From a virus (lineage: Duplodnaviria > Heunggongvirae > Uroviricota > Caudoviricetes): a DNA stretch of 64,000 bases. A program made the translations under genes and the position numbers. The notes beneath the pieces are model-generated. The model searched no databases, was not told the origin of the DNA, and saw only the letters and a program-made list of their open reading frames with translations. The stretch is from the IMG/VR virus record IMGVR_UViG_3300031413_000570; one strand, written 5' to 3'. Below are positions 28,761-40,300 of the stretch, piece by piece (positions within the stretch are counted from its first letter, which is position 1; every line of letters starts with the position of its first letter).

Positions 28761-31199
28761 TTATCTACCGAAGATTGTTGGCACTTCAGTTGATTTGCTT
28801 CCAGAAGCGTCACGTTTGGCGTTTACTGGAGGTAGAGCGACCTTTGTTCCTGTTGCATCAGTGGCAACAATGTCAGCACCAACATATGCTGCCATCAAGC
28901 CGTTTTCGCTTTTCAGCATAGTGTGTGAACGAACTCCACCAGTTGCTCGACCTTTAGCTGGGTAAGCTTTGAAAGGTGAAAGCTTCACCGTCTGACCTGT
29001 GACAGTCAAAACATTAGCGAAAGGAACTTCTTCAGCGGTAAGAAGGTTAGCGGCAAGAACAGTCTGACCAGCAGCCAGTTTGATACCTGCAATTCCACCG
29101 CCCTTAGCACCCTGTGGACGAATCTTGTCAGCTGAGAATGTCAGCAAGGAAGAGTCAGAGGAAAGAAGTACAACTTCTGAGCCTTCAACCTTCTCAACCC
29201 AACGAGCAACAACAATCTCATCACCAGCAGCAAGGCTAATGAGTTCGAACTCATCACTGCGAACAGGGTAATCAGGTGTAGTAATTTTCACAGAACCGAG
29301 CTTAGTAGCAAAGAATGTTCCCACCCCTGCTTTGATAGTCTCATCCTCGACTGGAGCAATAGCGATTACACGTTCGTTCTTACCCAAACCAGGAACGGAG
29401 ACGGAGGAAGAAGCCGGCTTGTTTTCACTCAGGTGCAAGACATCTGTTCTGTACCCTTTACCTGTGTTAGTGATGAAGACTACTTTGCCTTTTAAGTGTG
29501 TTGGAAGTGCAGCGACAACAGGGTTGACTTTGCTACGACCAATAGGCTTTACATCTGTTGCTTTGTTACCAGCTACACGAACAATTGAGCCGTCAGCGTA
29601 GACGCCTACAACGCTTGGGGCATCTTCAACTTCGAATGAACCAGCACTGACAACAGCTTTGGTAGCTTCAAGGTGTTCAGCCAGAGAGCCATCGACAAGT
29701 ACTGAACGGCGTGGACGGTCCATAACCTTCTTGACTTCTTCAAGTTCTTTCCCGATGGTTGCTCGAAGGACTTTTTCGTCGCTGAGGATAAGGTTGAGAG
29801 CTTTAATCTCTTCTTCGATGCCTTTTTGCTCGTTTTTCAAAACCAGCTGGTCGTATTTAGTCAAACGACGGAGCTCTAAGCCGAGGATGTAGTTCGCTTG
29901 AATTTCGTCAAGCTTGAACTTTTTTATCAGGTTAGTCCGGGCTGTCTCTACGTCAGCTGCACTTCGAATGATACGAATTACTTCATCAATGTTGACAAGA
30001 GCTTTCAGAAGACCACCCAGGATGTGTAGGCGTTCTTCTTTTTTCTCTTTCCTCTTTTTAGTACGACGAGTAACAATATCGATGCGGTGATTGATAAAGA
30101 TTTCAAGCTGACGTTTCAAGCCAAGAACCTGAGGTGTACCATCTTCAACCAGAGCTACGTTGTTGAAGTTGAAGCTTACTTCGAGGTCAGTCAATTTATA
30201 CAGTGACATGATAAGAACGTCAAGGTTGAAACCTGCTTTAGTTTCAACTTCAAAACTGATACCGCTACGTCGGTCAGTGTAGTCACCGACATCAGCGACA
30301 CCTTGAATCTTGTTTTCTTTTATGCCTTCTTTGATTTGGTCAATAATGCTTTCTGAACGAACTTCGTAAGGCAATTCGTAGAAAATAATGGTTTTTTTAC
30401 CACGACCAAGGTCTTCAATGCGGTATGGAGCTCGCATTGTAATTTTCCCACGGCCTGTGTCATAAGCTTCTTTGATTCCGTCGACTCCAAGAATCTGGCA
30501 ACCAGTTGGGAAGTCAGGGCCTGGGACGAAAGACATCAGCTTGTCTAAATCAGCATTAGGGTGAGTCAGCAACCAGCGAGTTGCATCGATTACTTCTCCT
30601 GGGTTATGAGGAGCCATGTTGGTTGCAAAACCAACAGCAATACCTGACACTCCGTTTACTACCAGGTTAGGGTACTGGACTGGCAGGACAGTTGGCTGGT
30701 CAGTAGTTTGGTCGTAGTTGTCAACAAAATCAACTGGTCTCTCACTAAGCTCATTGACAAGGACAAGAGCTTCTTTTGAGAGACGTGCTTCTGTATAACG
30801 AGGAGCAGCTGCTCCTGCTCCAGGACGGTCACCAAAGTTACCTCGACCATCCACTAATGGAGTCATCATTGTGAATGGCTGGGCCATTCGAACCATAGCA
30901 TCATAGATGGATGAATCACCATGAGGATGAAGGATACCCATGACTTGTCCCACAATACGAGCAGATTTTACGTGAGCTTTGTCAGGACTGTTCTTATCAC
31001 GGAACATGGTGTAAAGGATGCGACGCTGCACAGGCTTCAATCCGTCACGAGCATCCGGAATTGAACGGTCACTGATGACGTAATATGCATAAGACAAGAA
31101 TGATTCTTGTACTTCATCGTCCAAAACTACTGGAACGATGGATTTGGCAACTTTTGAGAAGTCTGCCTTGTTCTCTGCTTCTACTTTTCTTCTAGCCAT
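28761..31199 (-). CDS. Type IIA topoisomerase subunit A (ParC/GyrA-like; no clear GyrA box)
   Basis: PDARDGLKPVQRR, HPHGDSSIY, AAPRYTEARL (catalytic Tyr), GPDFPTG, beta-pinwheel C-terminal domain. Confidence 0.95.
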   Translation of the reverse strand: MARRKVEAENKADFSKVAKSIVPVVLDDEVQESFLSYAYYVISDRSIPDARDGLKPVQRRILYTMFRDKNSPDKAHVKSARIVGQVMGILHPHGDSSIYDAMVRMAQPFTMMTPLVDGRGNFGDRPGAGAAAPRYTEARLSKEALVLVNELSERPVDFVDNYDQTTDQPTVLPVQYPNLVVNGVSGIAVGFATNMAPHNPGEVIDATRWLLTHPNADLDKLMSFVPGPDFPTGCQILGVDGIKEAYDTGRGKITMRAPYRIEDLGRGKKTIIFYELPYEVRSESIIDQIKEGIKENKIQGVADVGDYTDRRSGISFEVETKAGFNLDVLIMSLYKLTDLEVSFNFNNVALVEDGTPQVLGLKRQLEIFINHRIDIVTRRTKKRKEKKEERLHILGGLLKALVNIDEVIRIIRSAADVETARTNLIKKFKLDEIQANYILGLELRRLTKYDQLVLKNEQKGIEEEIKALNLILSDEKVLRATIGKELEEVKKVMDRPRRSVLVDGSLAEHLEATKAVVSAGSFEVEDAPSVVGVYADGSIVRVAGNKATDVKPIGRSKVNPVVAALPTHLKGKVVFITNTGKGYRTDVLHLSENKPASSSVSVPGLGKNERVIAIAPVEDETIKAGVGTFFATKLGSVKITTPDYPVRSDEFELISLAAGDEIVVARWVEKVEGSEVVLLSSDSSLLTFSADKIRPQGAKGGGIAGIKLAAGQTVLAANLLTAEEVPFANVLTVTGQTVKLSPFKAYPAKGRATGGVRSHTMLKSENGLMAAYVGADIVATDATGTKVALPPVNAKRDASGSKSTEVPTIFGR

Positions 31200-31204
31200 T
31201 ATAT

Positions 31205-33304
31205 TTACATTACCTCAGCATTAACTTTATCACGGTTGGTTGTAATCCATTCTTTACGAGGAGGCACTTTCCCTCCCATTGCAAGTTCAAGCATTTCACT
31301 AGCACTTTCAATGTCTTTGACAGTAATCTGCTTCAAACGTCGACGCTCTGGGTCCAACAAGGTATCCCAAGTTGGGTCCACGTCCATCTCACCCAGACCT
31401 TTGTTACGTCCAATTTTGTAATTGACTTTGCGGGTCTTGAGTTTAGCGACTACTTCTTCCAGCTCTACTTCATCAACAGCATAAATAACTTCGTTATCTT
31501 TACCATTGACTGTTACAGCAAACAATGGAGGAATGAGGGAGTATAATCTTCCAGCCTCTACGTACTCTCTCATGTATTTCCAGAAAAATGTGATGAGGAG
31601 AACTCGAATGTGGTTACCGTCAACGTCAGCGTCAGCAGCAATGATAATTTTGCTATAACGAGAATCAGGAAGGTTGAAAGTTCGACCTGAACCAGCACCT
31701 AATACCTGGATGATAGACGCACACTCTTGGTTTGCAAGCATGCCTGCTGAAGTTGCTTTTTGAACATTCAGAATCTTACCTCGGATGGGAAGTAAAGCTT
31801 GATAACGAGCATCACGAGCACCACGCATGGTACCCAAAGCAGAGTCACCTTCTACAATCAGCAACTCAGAAAATTCTGAGTCTGGATTCTTGCATTCCAC
31901 TAACTTTGATGGAAGGTTGTTGGAAGATTCGAGTTTAGACTTCTTGCGGTTAGTCTCTTTAGCCAAACGAGCAGAAACTCGGTTACGAGACGACTCAACA
32001 ATTTTGTTAGCAATTGTCTTCAGGTTAGCGGCATTTTTCTTGTCCGCAGCCCAATCAGCTAACTCTTTAGTCAAAGCTGCTGAAACGACTTTACCTGTTT
32101 CAGTACCACCAAGACGCTGTTTGTCCTGACCTACGAAAGAAAGTTCACTCTGTGAGATACTGATGATAGCAGTAAGACTTTCCTGGATGTCTTCCAGAGT
32201 AGGTACTTCGTCTCTTGCTTTGAGTAACCCGCGAGTGTTCTTGATAGCGTCAAGGAACACTTTGGACATGGCTCTTTGGAATCCTTGAACATGGGTTCCG
32301 CCGAGTGGTGTGTACAGAGTGTTAGCGTAGGAACGAATGTTGGATACGTCGTAGCTGTCTCCCCAGCGGAAAGCTACTTCGATTTCTACAGTACGGTCTA
32401 CGATTTCGTTCTTCATCGACCCGTCTGCTTGAGGAACAGGAACTTCTTCCTTGAACCCACCTGAAGTTGTAAGGTGAACAGGCTTTGTGATGGGCTTGTC
32501 AGTAGCGAAAGTCTCCACCATTTCAAGTAAACCACCATCGAATTCGTAGTCATCGAACTGTTCTTCACCGGAAAGTTTGCTGTCGATGATGATTCGGATA
32601 CCTGGTACGAGGAATGCGGTAGAACGTAATGTTTCTCTTAGCTCATCAACACGGAAGGATGATTCTTTACCGAAGATTGCAGCGTCTGGCCAGAACTTGA
32701 TTGTGGTTCCAGTTGGGCGTTCTTTTTTCTCTTTAGCTGTACGAGTGTCTTTGGATACTTTCACATCCATGGATGGGGTGAAAGCAGCATCAGGACCGCT
32801 ATCATCTGCGAAATGCCCAGGAAGTCCTTGCTTGAAGGACAAGCGGTGGATGGTTCCATCGTTTTTGTACACAATGGTGTCAAAACGCTTGGATGTTGCG
32901 TTAGTTGCAGTTGTTCCCACACCGTTCAGACCAAGAGAAGCTGTTGCTGCATAACCACTACCAGCAGCACCGAATTTACCACCGGAACCAACTTTTCCGA
33001 ACGCCATGAAGATACCGTTCTCACCAGTGGTTTTGTTCACACCAGTTGGAACACCACGGCCGGTGTCTTCGACTGAGGCAGCACCATCCGCGTACAAGGT
33101 AATCTTGATGGTTTTACCGTGTCCTGCTTTGAACTCGTCAATAGAGTTGTCAATGGGTTCTCTCAAAGCAACTAACTGCATATGGTCGTAAGGACCAAGT
33201 GTTAGTGAAGGTCTCTTACGAATGTGATCGATGGGAGACATGGAAATCATTGAGTCTGCGTTATAATCCGCTGGCCCTGCTGGGGTTGTCTTCTTTGTAG
33301 CCAT
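31205..33304 (-). CDS. Type IIA topoisomerase subunit B (ParE/GyrB-like)
   Basis: EPIDNSIDE, DTGRGVP, GLNGVGTT, VEGDSA, PIRGKILN, DADVDG, KGLGEM; ATG 33304 preferred. Confidence 0.95.
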   Translation of the reverse strand: MATKKTTPAGPADYNADSMISMSPIDHIRKRPSLTLGPYDHMQLVALREPIDNSIDEFKAGHGKTIKITLYADGAASVEDTGRGVPTGVNKTTGENGIFMAFGKVGSGGKFGAAGSGYAATASLGLNGVGTTATNATSKRFDTIVYKNDGTIHRLSFKQGLPGHFADDSGPDAAFTPSMDVKVSKDTRTAKEKKERPTGTTIKFWPDAAIFGKESSFRVDELRETLRSTAFLVPGIRIIIDSKLSGEEQFDDYEFDGGLLEMVETFATDKPITKPVHLTTSGGFKEEVPVPQADGSMKNEIVDRTVEIEVAFRWGDSYDVSNIRSYANTLYTPLGGTHVQGFQRAMSKVFLDAIKNTRGLLKARDEVPTLEDIQESLTAIISISQSELSFVGQDKQRLGGTETGKVVSAALTKELADWAADKKNAANLKTIANKIVESSRNRVSARLAKETNRKKSKLESSNNLPSKLVECKNPDSEFSELLIVEGDSALGTMRGARDARYQALLPIRGKILNVQKATSAGMLANQECASIIQVLGAGSGRTFNLPDSRYSKIIIAADADVDGNHIRVLLITFFWKYMREYVEAGRLYSLIPPLFAVTVNGKDNEVIYAVDEVELEEVVAKLKTRKVNYKIGRNKGLGEMDVDPTWDTLLDPERRRLKQITVKDIESASEMLELAMGGKVPPRKEWITTNRDKVNAEVM

Positions 33305-33826
33305 AGGTTTTATCTTTGTCGTCCTATTAGTGGTGGTGGTTCTTAGTGTATATTCTGTCAAAATTTGCAGTCAGTTTTATTCATTCTAACTGTCTTTCAT
33401 TCTGACAAGTTTGTGTTATCGGCTGTACTTTTGGTGCCTTGTTCCTGATTGCCACGTCTACAAAGCCTTCCAATGTGCTTTATAGCCTGATGAATGCAGG
33501 AAAAAGAAGAAGTTTAAAAACTTCGGGAAAATGTTTTGCTCAAGGCTTGAATTGGATGGTTAGCATCCTTTGCCTTCTTCCTGCCGTACAGGGAAAATGG
33601 TCTCATAGAAAATGAGTTACTGCGATTTTTGTCAAGTTTTCGCGGTCGAACAAGGTCAGTCATTTTAGTCTCAGTCATTAGTAGTTAGTTTCGTGTCAAA
33701 TTAGTTATGTATAGTGCTTGTTGAAAAGCTTTTGTTATAAAATTATAGCAGCAAATCAGATATCGGCTGAATAAAACAATGTTTGAATAGTACACCTGAC
33801 CAGGTATTTTACTATTCTGAATGGTA

Positions 33827-34666
33827 TTATTTAGCCAATAGTGATGCTGGAATTTGGTTGTTAGGCCAACGGATAAATGAGCCAGCATCAAAGAGAAGTT
33901 CATGACCGTAATGGTTAAACCGGTCAAGCCATGGTTGATTAGTTTCCAGTTTTTTCTTAGTCAGGTAATCTTCTTGACCATGAACTACTGGAAGAGTTCC
34001 ATAGTTTTTCTCATACCCATTACGGTCGTAGAAATGCTCTAATCGAGCTCTGTGGTTAATAGCATGCTGGACGTACTCTTCATGATTTTCATCTGTATGC
34101 TCCAGTGTGCCATCCCCACTGTTCGTAGGTGTTCCCGAAACAACATAGCCTTTTTCATCCGCATGCTTCAGAAGTGTTTTACGGAAATACGAACCCAACC
34201 CGGCTCCTCGTAAGTCGGCATCTACTCGCATATCAGCAACGCTGACTCTGGTTATGTCTTTCTTAGGACCATAGCCATCATACTGACGCAGGCTGAAAGA
34301 CGCATAAGGTCTGTATGTGTCGTTTATGTGCTTCTCTAAGTCTTTTAAAGTTTCGAACGAAGGAACAGTTGTACGGTCTATAGAGTTGATGTATTCGAGA
34401 ACTTCTGGTCTATTTGCTTTGAAACGAAGAGTATCTGTCTGTTCTTCTCCGCTATGGTTGACGAATAAAGCAGCCATGCCGTTATCGATGAAAAGCATGT
34501 TCGGTTTCAAATCTTTGAGCTGGCGGGCTTCTATGTACGCCATGACATCTTGATCTTTCAAAGCATGCTCCATCGCATTTTGAATGGACAAACCCTCAGG
34601 GCAGCGAGGGTCACCACAGCCTCCGAAGGAATGCTTCTTAGATTGACATTTTTTGATTGTAACCAT
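33827..34666 (-). CDS. GNAT acetyltransferase with Cys-rich leader, paralog of 46077..46877
   Basis: KCQSKKHSFGGCGDPRCPE leader; VDADLRGAGLG motif A; FYDRNGY. Confidence 0.75.
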   Translation of the reverse strand: MVTIKKCQSKKHSFGGCGDPRCPEGLSIQNAMEHALKDQDVMAYIEARQLKDLKPNMLFIDNGMAALFVNHSGEEQTDTLRFKANRPEVLEYINSIDRTTVPSFETLKDLEKHINDTYRPYASFSLRQYDGYGPKKDITRVSVADMRVDADLRGAGLGSYFRKTLLKHADEKGYVVSGTPTNSGDGTLEHTDENHEEYVQHAINHRARLEHFYDRNGYEKNYGTLPVVHGQEDYLTKKKLETNQPWLDRFNHYGHELLFDAGSFIRWPNNQIPASLLAK

Positions 34667-34735
34667 GCTCAATATCTAACAACTCCGAAAACCTCATTTA
34701 TATGGGCTTTCCAAAAAAGTTGTTAGACTCCATCT

Positions 34736-34963
34736 ATGAGCAAATCAAAATCCAAATTCTGGCCCATCTTTTTCAAGGTTGCACTCATCGCTACTCCAGT
34801 GATCGTCTTCGCAGCCATCACTACTTTAGCTGCTACTATGGCTTATAATGCCCGTGGTGATTATGGTTTGCACCTTGTTCTTGGAACTGCTGCTCTTTGC
34901 ACAGGTATTATCGCTGCTGGCTCCTGGGCTATTCGTTGGACCAACCGTGTCCCCTGGGCTTGA
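34736..34963 (+). CDS. Small two-helix membrane protein (likely leaderless)
   Basis: TAGACT 6 nt before ATG; two hydrophobic helices. Confidence 0.65.
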   Translation: MSKSKSKFWPIFFKVALIATPVIVFAAITTLAATMAYNARGDYGLHLVLGTAALCTGIIAAGSWAIRWTNRVPWA

Positions 34964-34972
34964 TAAGAATTA

Positions 34973-35018
34973 AATAGTAATGGCACCCTCTATAACTCAG
35001 AGGGTGCCATTACTATTT
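34973..35018. terminator. Bidirectional terminator
   Basis: aatagtaatggcaccctct / agagggtgccattactatt. Confidence 0.85.
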
Positions 35019-35606
35019 TCAGACGAGTGTTGCTCCAGCTTTTTCCATCTCTACCAGAGCAGCAGCACTGCGTTCAGGGTCAACACCAGCAACGTAGTCA
35101 GTCAACACGTTCACAGTGAACCCCGCTGTCAAAGCATCCAGAACTGTAGCCCTAACACAATGGTCAGTGGCGAGACCTACAACATCAATCTCAGTGACAT
35201 CCAAATCTCGGATAAGCTCTTCGACTTTCTTGGTACCACCCATGAAGTCTCGTCCTTCAAAACCTGAATAAGCAGCTTCGTACTCACCTTTGACAATACG
35301 AAGGTATCGTAGGTCAGGCTGTTCCTGCACTCTGGCAAGAACAGCTGCTGCCAGCTCAGCTCGGACAGCAGAACCATTCGTGTTAGCTGCACAGTGGACA
35401 GGCCAGGTGTCTACATAATCAGGTGTCTCTGCCCAGTGATTACCAGGTTTGATGTGCCAGTCCTGTGTAGTGATGACTGCATCATAATGAGTATTGAGAA
35501 GTAACTCAGCTGTGTTCAATGCAACACTTTCGCCACCTGTTACTCCAAGGCTTCCACCTTCGATGAAGTCGTTCTGGACATCTACAATCAGCAATGCTTT
35601 AGTCAT
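35019..35606 (-). CDS. pncA: Nicotinamidase/pyrazinamidase (isochorismatase family)
   Basis: IVDVQNDFIEGGSL, DWH, WPVHC, KG...YSGFEG, GLATDHCVRAT. Confidence 0.9.
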   Translation of the reverse strand: MTKALLIVDVQNDFIEGGSLGVTGGESVALNTAELLLNTHYDAVITTQDWHIKPGNHWAETPDYVDTWPVHCAANTNGSAVRAELAAAVLARVQEQPDLRYLRIVKGEYEAAYSGFEGRDFMGGTKKVEELIRDLDVTEIDVVGLATDHCVRATVLDALTAGFTVNVLTDYVAGVDPERSAAALVEMEKAGATLV

Positions 35607-35615
35607 GATTATTCC

Positions 35616-35828
35616 TTATCGTCCGTAGCCCATTGGGTCTACAGGTTCATGGTGAGTTGGGGTGAAAGTGCAGTAGCCGTCTTTGACTTCGACACGACCT
35701 GAAACAGTAGGCGAGAATTCCACTTTGAGTGAAGTGACTCCTGGTAGACCTGTTTTGGCTTTGTCCATCAGCTCCAGAATTGCTGCCAGATTGTCGCGGG
35801 TGAACTCGTTACGGGCTGTGTTCGTCAT
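35616..35828 (-). CDS. Small hypothetical protein
   Basis: 70 aa ORF in an operon; start overlaps the upstream stop. Confidence 0.6.
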   Translation of the reverse strand: MTNTARNEFTRDNLAAILELMDKAKTGLPGVTSLKVEFSPTVSGRVEVKDGYCTFTPTHHEPVDPMGYGR

Positions 35829-36451
35829 CGGTTTGCTCCTGTTGTTGTGAACTCTGCAACCAAAGCTGCTTTGTCCAAGATGTTTGTGTTGAAATCCTCA
35901 ACTGTTACAGTCATCAGCTCAGGTTTTGTTGTGCTGAAGATACGTTCTCTGTCGTACATTCCTGTGCCGTAGTTAGTATCTGTATCAACGGCAATAACAT
36001 GGTAGGTCTGACCGTCAGTGGCAAGCTGAAGTGCAGCTGTTTTTGCCTGAGCATAGGTCTCAACAATCATGGTGGGGAAGAACTTGTCATGGTAGACAGT
36101 GCCACCAATGCTGGCATCCATCGTATGACCTACAAGGTAAATGGTTTCAACGTTGAGCTTAGGTGCAGGAAGAGTGTCATTATCCTGTAGAGCCACAGTC
36201 ATGTAGTCTTCCCATGCAGCGTTCAGAGTTTCGTCTGCGACTTGGGCTTTAGGGTAAGTCTTGATAAAATCTGTCTTTGTTCGGTACAGGTCACCGAAGT
36301 TCAGTTGATAAGCCTCCTGCACACGGTCATAGAAAGGCTTTGTAGTGTATGCAAACCAAAGTGCAACGTTGCGTTCTCGCGTGATGAGCGTCGGGACTTG
36401 CCATCCTCGACCTTCACACTGGTCGTAATTCGTAGCTGTGAGATACAGCAT
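35825..36451 (-). CDS. Hypothetical protein
   Basis: 208 aa; ggagaa RBS upstream. Confidence 0.7.
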   Translation of the reverse strand: MLYLTATNYDQCEGRGWQVPTLITRERNVALWFAYTTKPFYDRVQEAYQLNFGDLYRTKTDFIKTYPKAQVADETLNAAWEDYMTVALQDNDTLPAPKLNVETIYLVGHTMDASIGGTVYHDKFFPTMIVETYAQAKTAALQLATDGQTYHVIAVDTDTNYGTGMYDRERIFSTTKPELMTVTVEDFNTNILDKAALVAEFTTTGANR

Positions 36452-36632
36452 GATATTCTCCTTGTTGTTTTAGAGCGGGCGTTCAAGTAACCCCGTTATG
36501 TTCTTATCTTACCACTGTTAAACAGTATCGGCAACTTTTTAGTCAAATTGACGAAAAAATGTTGAAATGGCAAAAATAGTTTGATCTTTCCCCAAAATAC
36601 TTGCCATCTGATGTTCATGCTAAACTTCTTCC

Positions 36633-37265
36633 ATGACTGACGCAACTTTATACTCACTTTATGGCTTCCTTGGCGACCAGTATGGGAACCAGGGGTTCTA
36701 CACGGAGACACTTCCCTTCTACAAAGATGACGAAGGGGTGTTTTACCGACAGAAACAAGAAGAAGAGGTAACCCGAGTAGAGCCAACTGAGATGAAATAC
36801 ATCTGGCCGGTCAAAGCAGAAGTGCAAGGCACCCTGGATCAAATTGTCATCATTACAGGTGAAGACTTCCTTAGCGACCTTGACGCACTCTCCATTGTAA
36901 ATGACATCACAACCTGGGAAAAAGAAGATGTTTTCTTCTGGAAGCTTTCAACTCGTGAAGAGTACAAAAGCCACCAGGCTGCGTTTAAGAGCCGAGCAGT
37001 TGAATGGCTCACAGCTTACCTCAAAGCAGAGGAAAAGCCTTCAGTGGAGCTTGTAGACTCTGCTATCACTGTTATTGGCACGTCAGGAGAGCCAACCAAG
37101 GAAGACTATGCGTTGACAGGTCTTGCCAGCCGGCGAGCAGGCGACTTAGTTGGTTACAGACTCCAAGCACTTCTCATCTCCAGTCAAATCACTGATGACC
37201 ACTATGACAATATAGAAGAATACGACAAAGCAGTAGATGCTTTAGAAGCGTCTCTACTTGGTTGA
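36633..37265 (+). CDS. Hypothetical protein (likely leaderless)
   Basis: 210 aa; tgcTAAACT 6 nt before ATG. Confidence 0.7.
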   Translation: MTDATLYSLYGFLGDQYGNQGFYTETLPFYKDDEGVFYRQKQEEEVTRVEPTEMKYIWPVKAEVQGTLDQIVIITGEDFLSDLDALSIVNDITTWEKEDVFFWKLSTREEYKSHQAAFKSRAVEWLTAYLKAEEKPSVELVDSAITVIGTSGEPTKEDYALTGLASRRAGDLVGYRLQALLISSQITDDHYDNIEEYDKAVDALEASLLG

Positions 37266-37273
37266 ATAAATGA

Positions 37274-37313
37274 AACAAAAAGGCCCTGACAAATTTGTCA
37301 GGGCCTTTTTGTT
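37274..37313. terminator. Perfect 40-bp palindrome, bidirectional terminator
   Basis: aacaaaaaggccctgacaaa|tttgtcagggcctttttgtt between convergent genes. Confidence 0.85.
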
Positions 37314-37324
37314 AACTATGAAAC

Positions 37325-40300
37325 TCAGTAGTAACCGTCGTCATCGTCATCGTCATCGTCATCATCGTAACTGTCATTATAGTTTTGCCAGTTGGTAACA
37401 GCAAACAATGAAGCAACTCTCTGACGGTCTTCCTGACGACGGAACAATCCATCGAAGAACTGAGGAGCTGAACCCATTGACTGCTCGAAAGTTTCACGTG
37501 TATGAGTACGGCTTGTGCCTAACAAAGTACGCTCTGCTGTACGAGCTGCACCAATACGTGAACGAGAAGCTGTCGGACGAGCTGATTCACCGTTGTTGAT
37601 TACGTTACGTTCAGCCTGGTCAGTCATTGCTGCTGAAACCATAATCTGTCGCTGAATAACAGCAGCATCCAGAGTAGCATCCCACATACGGAACTCAATG
37701 TTAGAACGGCTGTAATCAGATGAGTAGGTGCCTTCGAAGTTCATAGCATAGCTGTGAGACATATGGCTACCCAAAACGTTATGGCTACTTGACACATCAG
37801 CAGAAACGGTTTCACTTGTATCGTTTACGTTAGGTGCACACCAACGCATACCACGGTGGCTACCACGTGCAGGGTCTGTTGCCAAACGGTACATCATTTC
37901 GTCATTCTGGTTCACCTGACGTAACAGCTCAAGGTGCTTCGCAGGAGAAGACTCATAAGAGGCAGTGGAAATATGGACGTGAGAACCAGTACGAGTAGTA
38001 GCAACCCCACCGTTACGAGTAATAATCTCCAAAGCTGTCTTCAACTGGTTCCAGTGTTCAGGAGTGTCCTTCATGATTGGTGAGACTAACTCACCATGAA
38101 CAGTGCAGTCTTCTTCGAAGGACCAAGCACCCCAGCCGCTTGCACGAGCAGAGTGGTACTCCTGCTGGTAGTTCTCTTCAGTCAAACCAGCTTCGTAGAG
38201 TTCTTCAGCGATTTTACGTAATGATGTAGAACGGTTGTGACCACTTCCAATGTCGAACTCAAGTTCGATACCGAATGCACGAGCACCAGGCTCATCAGCA
38301 CAAATACCGTCAGTGACGTTCTCTGTACGGAAGTCCATGTACTCTTCACCAGCACGCTTGCGACGGAGAGTTTCACGATAGTCTTCGTACAAAGCGTCGA
38401 CGTTCCCAGTGTAACCAGGCTCTTCTTCTTCCCAGCGAGCCATCATACGAGTACGGTACTCATCGCTGGTAGCTACGACAGTAGCATTTCGTGTACGCAA
38501 AGTTTCAGCTTCACGCAGACCACGTTCCATGTTGATTCGTTCACGTTCAGCCTGAGAAGCACGGTAGTAACGTTCCTGCTCTTCACGCTGTCTCTGCTGC
38601 TCAGCACGCTCTTCTTCAGCTAACTCAATAGCTCTTGCACGGTCAACACCAGCGGTACGCATACGGTTACGAATACGCTCCTCATCCTGAACAGCAACAG
38701 AATGACGGTTGATGTAAGAAGTGTAATGCTCCCCTTCAACAAAACGACGGCTACGGTTGGTCAAGAACACATAAGGGTTACGGGCAGTTGCACGCACATG
38801 AACACAGTCGTAGTTTTCCTGATAATCAGCACAAGTACATTTCAGGTGGCGTTCACGAATAATAGCGTCTTCAAGAGTTTCGCCTTCAGCCAAACGGCCA
38901 ATCTGGATGGTTCCAGAGACAGTGCTTGATGGCAACATTCTGTTAGCAGTATCAGGTGAAGTCATTCGGTTGAATTCTGCAGAAACAGGCATTGAGAAGT
39001 CAGCACGGTGCAAATTGTCTCGGACTACGTTGATGTAATGCAAAGTTGTCACAGTTGACAAAGCATTGAACGCATCACGAGTTTCAATCATTACCTCAAG
39101 TTCTTCAGCCGTAGGATTATCCCTATCGAAGAAAGCACGGGTGAATGTAGAAGGTCTACGGTTCTGCATACTGCCAGTGTGAGCTCTGAATGTCTCATGC
39201 TCAGTAAACTCTTCACCTAAGTTCACAACATGGCGAGTAGTTCCGTCTGGAGCCTGAGAAGTTGATGCTGTACCAAATGGCAGTCTCTCCTGGAAGTCTG
39301 CACTCGCAACATACTCAGCAACTTCTTCTTCTGAAGCAGACGAAGCATAATCAACACGGGTTAAGTCTTCTACTACGAAAGCAGCTTCAGGAACCTCAGG
39401 AGACACTCCAGCGTCCAAAGCTTCTTGAATGTTCTCTGCAGGGGTCCCAAAAGCAGCTAAGTTGTTTCGAGCTGCTCTTTCTGGGCAGTTGTGTCGCTGA
39501 GCTCGGAATTGTCCACAAGAAGCGCAACGTAACACATATCCGTCTGCTTCAGCTGCTTCAGGACTATCATAGGTGTATTCAGAGTTTCCTCTGATGCTTC
39601 TGCTGTATACAGAACCTGGACGCTGAGCTGAACGCAATCGTTCATATAACGCCTCAGGTACGTTCTGGTAAGCGTAGAAGGTTTCTGGTTCATGCTGGAA
39701 AGAGACTTCCAAACGACCTTCATGGTAACCAACAAAAGCTAAATTGGTGCTGTTGATTGGTTCATGGTTCTCAATGCGAGCCTGACGGTTATCAGGAGAA
39801 ACAAGAGTGCGTACACGCTCTAACGCAACAACAGAGGAACGGTCGTAAGGAAGACCTGCTCTTCTTTGACGCTGAGTTGCTGCAGCAGTATGTTCTACCG
39901 GCATTTCTACGTTGTTACCAGTAGGAACAGCATCATACTCTTCATAGTATTTAGCTTGAACTTCTTCAAGAGTGTAACCTGTACGGTCGGCAACAGATTG
40001 TAGTTCAGCTTTGAGAGCTTCGGCTTTTCTTTTAGAAATTTCAACCAAATGCGTTAGAGCATAGGATGTAGCCTGGTCAGGTTCTTCGTTCCAACGGTCA
40101 GCAATTCTCATCTGACGTTCATACGCGGTCAGATCGTTAGCTTCTTCAGCAACAACCCGGAGGTTGTCAATTGCCTGCTGGCGAGCTGCTGGAGAGATTT
40201 CTGTAATATCCGCTCCTTCTCTGCGAAGTTCACGGAAAGTATTCTCTACCTGACGACGCTGCAGACCAGTGGCGGCTACGACTGCACGAATACCAGCGAT

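Noticed and set aside
28761-31199. Calling the topoisomerase pair gyrA/gyrB
   Set aside because: No canonical GyrA box (QxRGGKG) was seen at the start of the C-terminal domain, so it is left as ParC/GyrA-like.
33685-33927. 80 aa ORF downstream of and overlapping the GNAT gene
   Set aside because: It overlaps the GNAT 3' end in another frame, is AT-rich and has no RBS or motifs.
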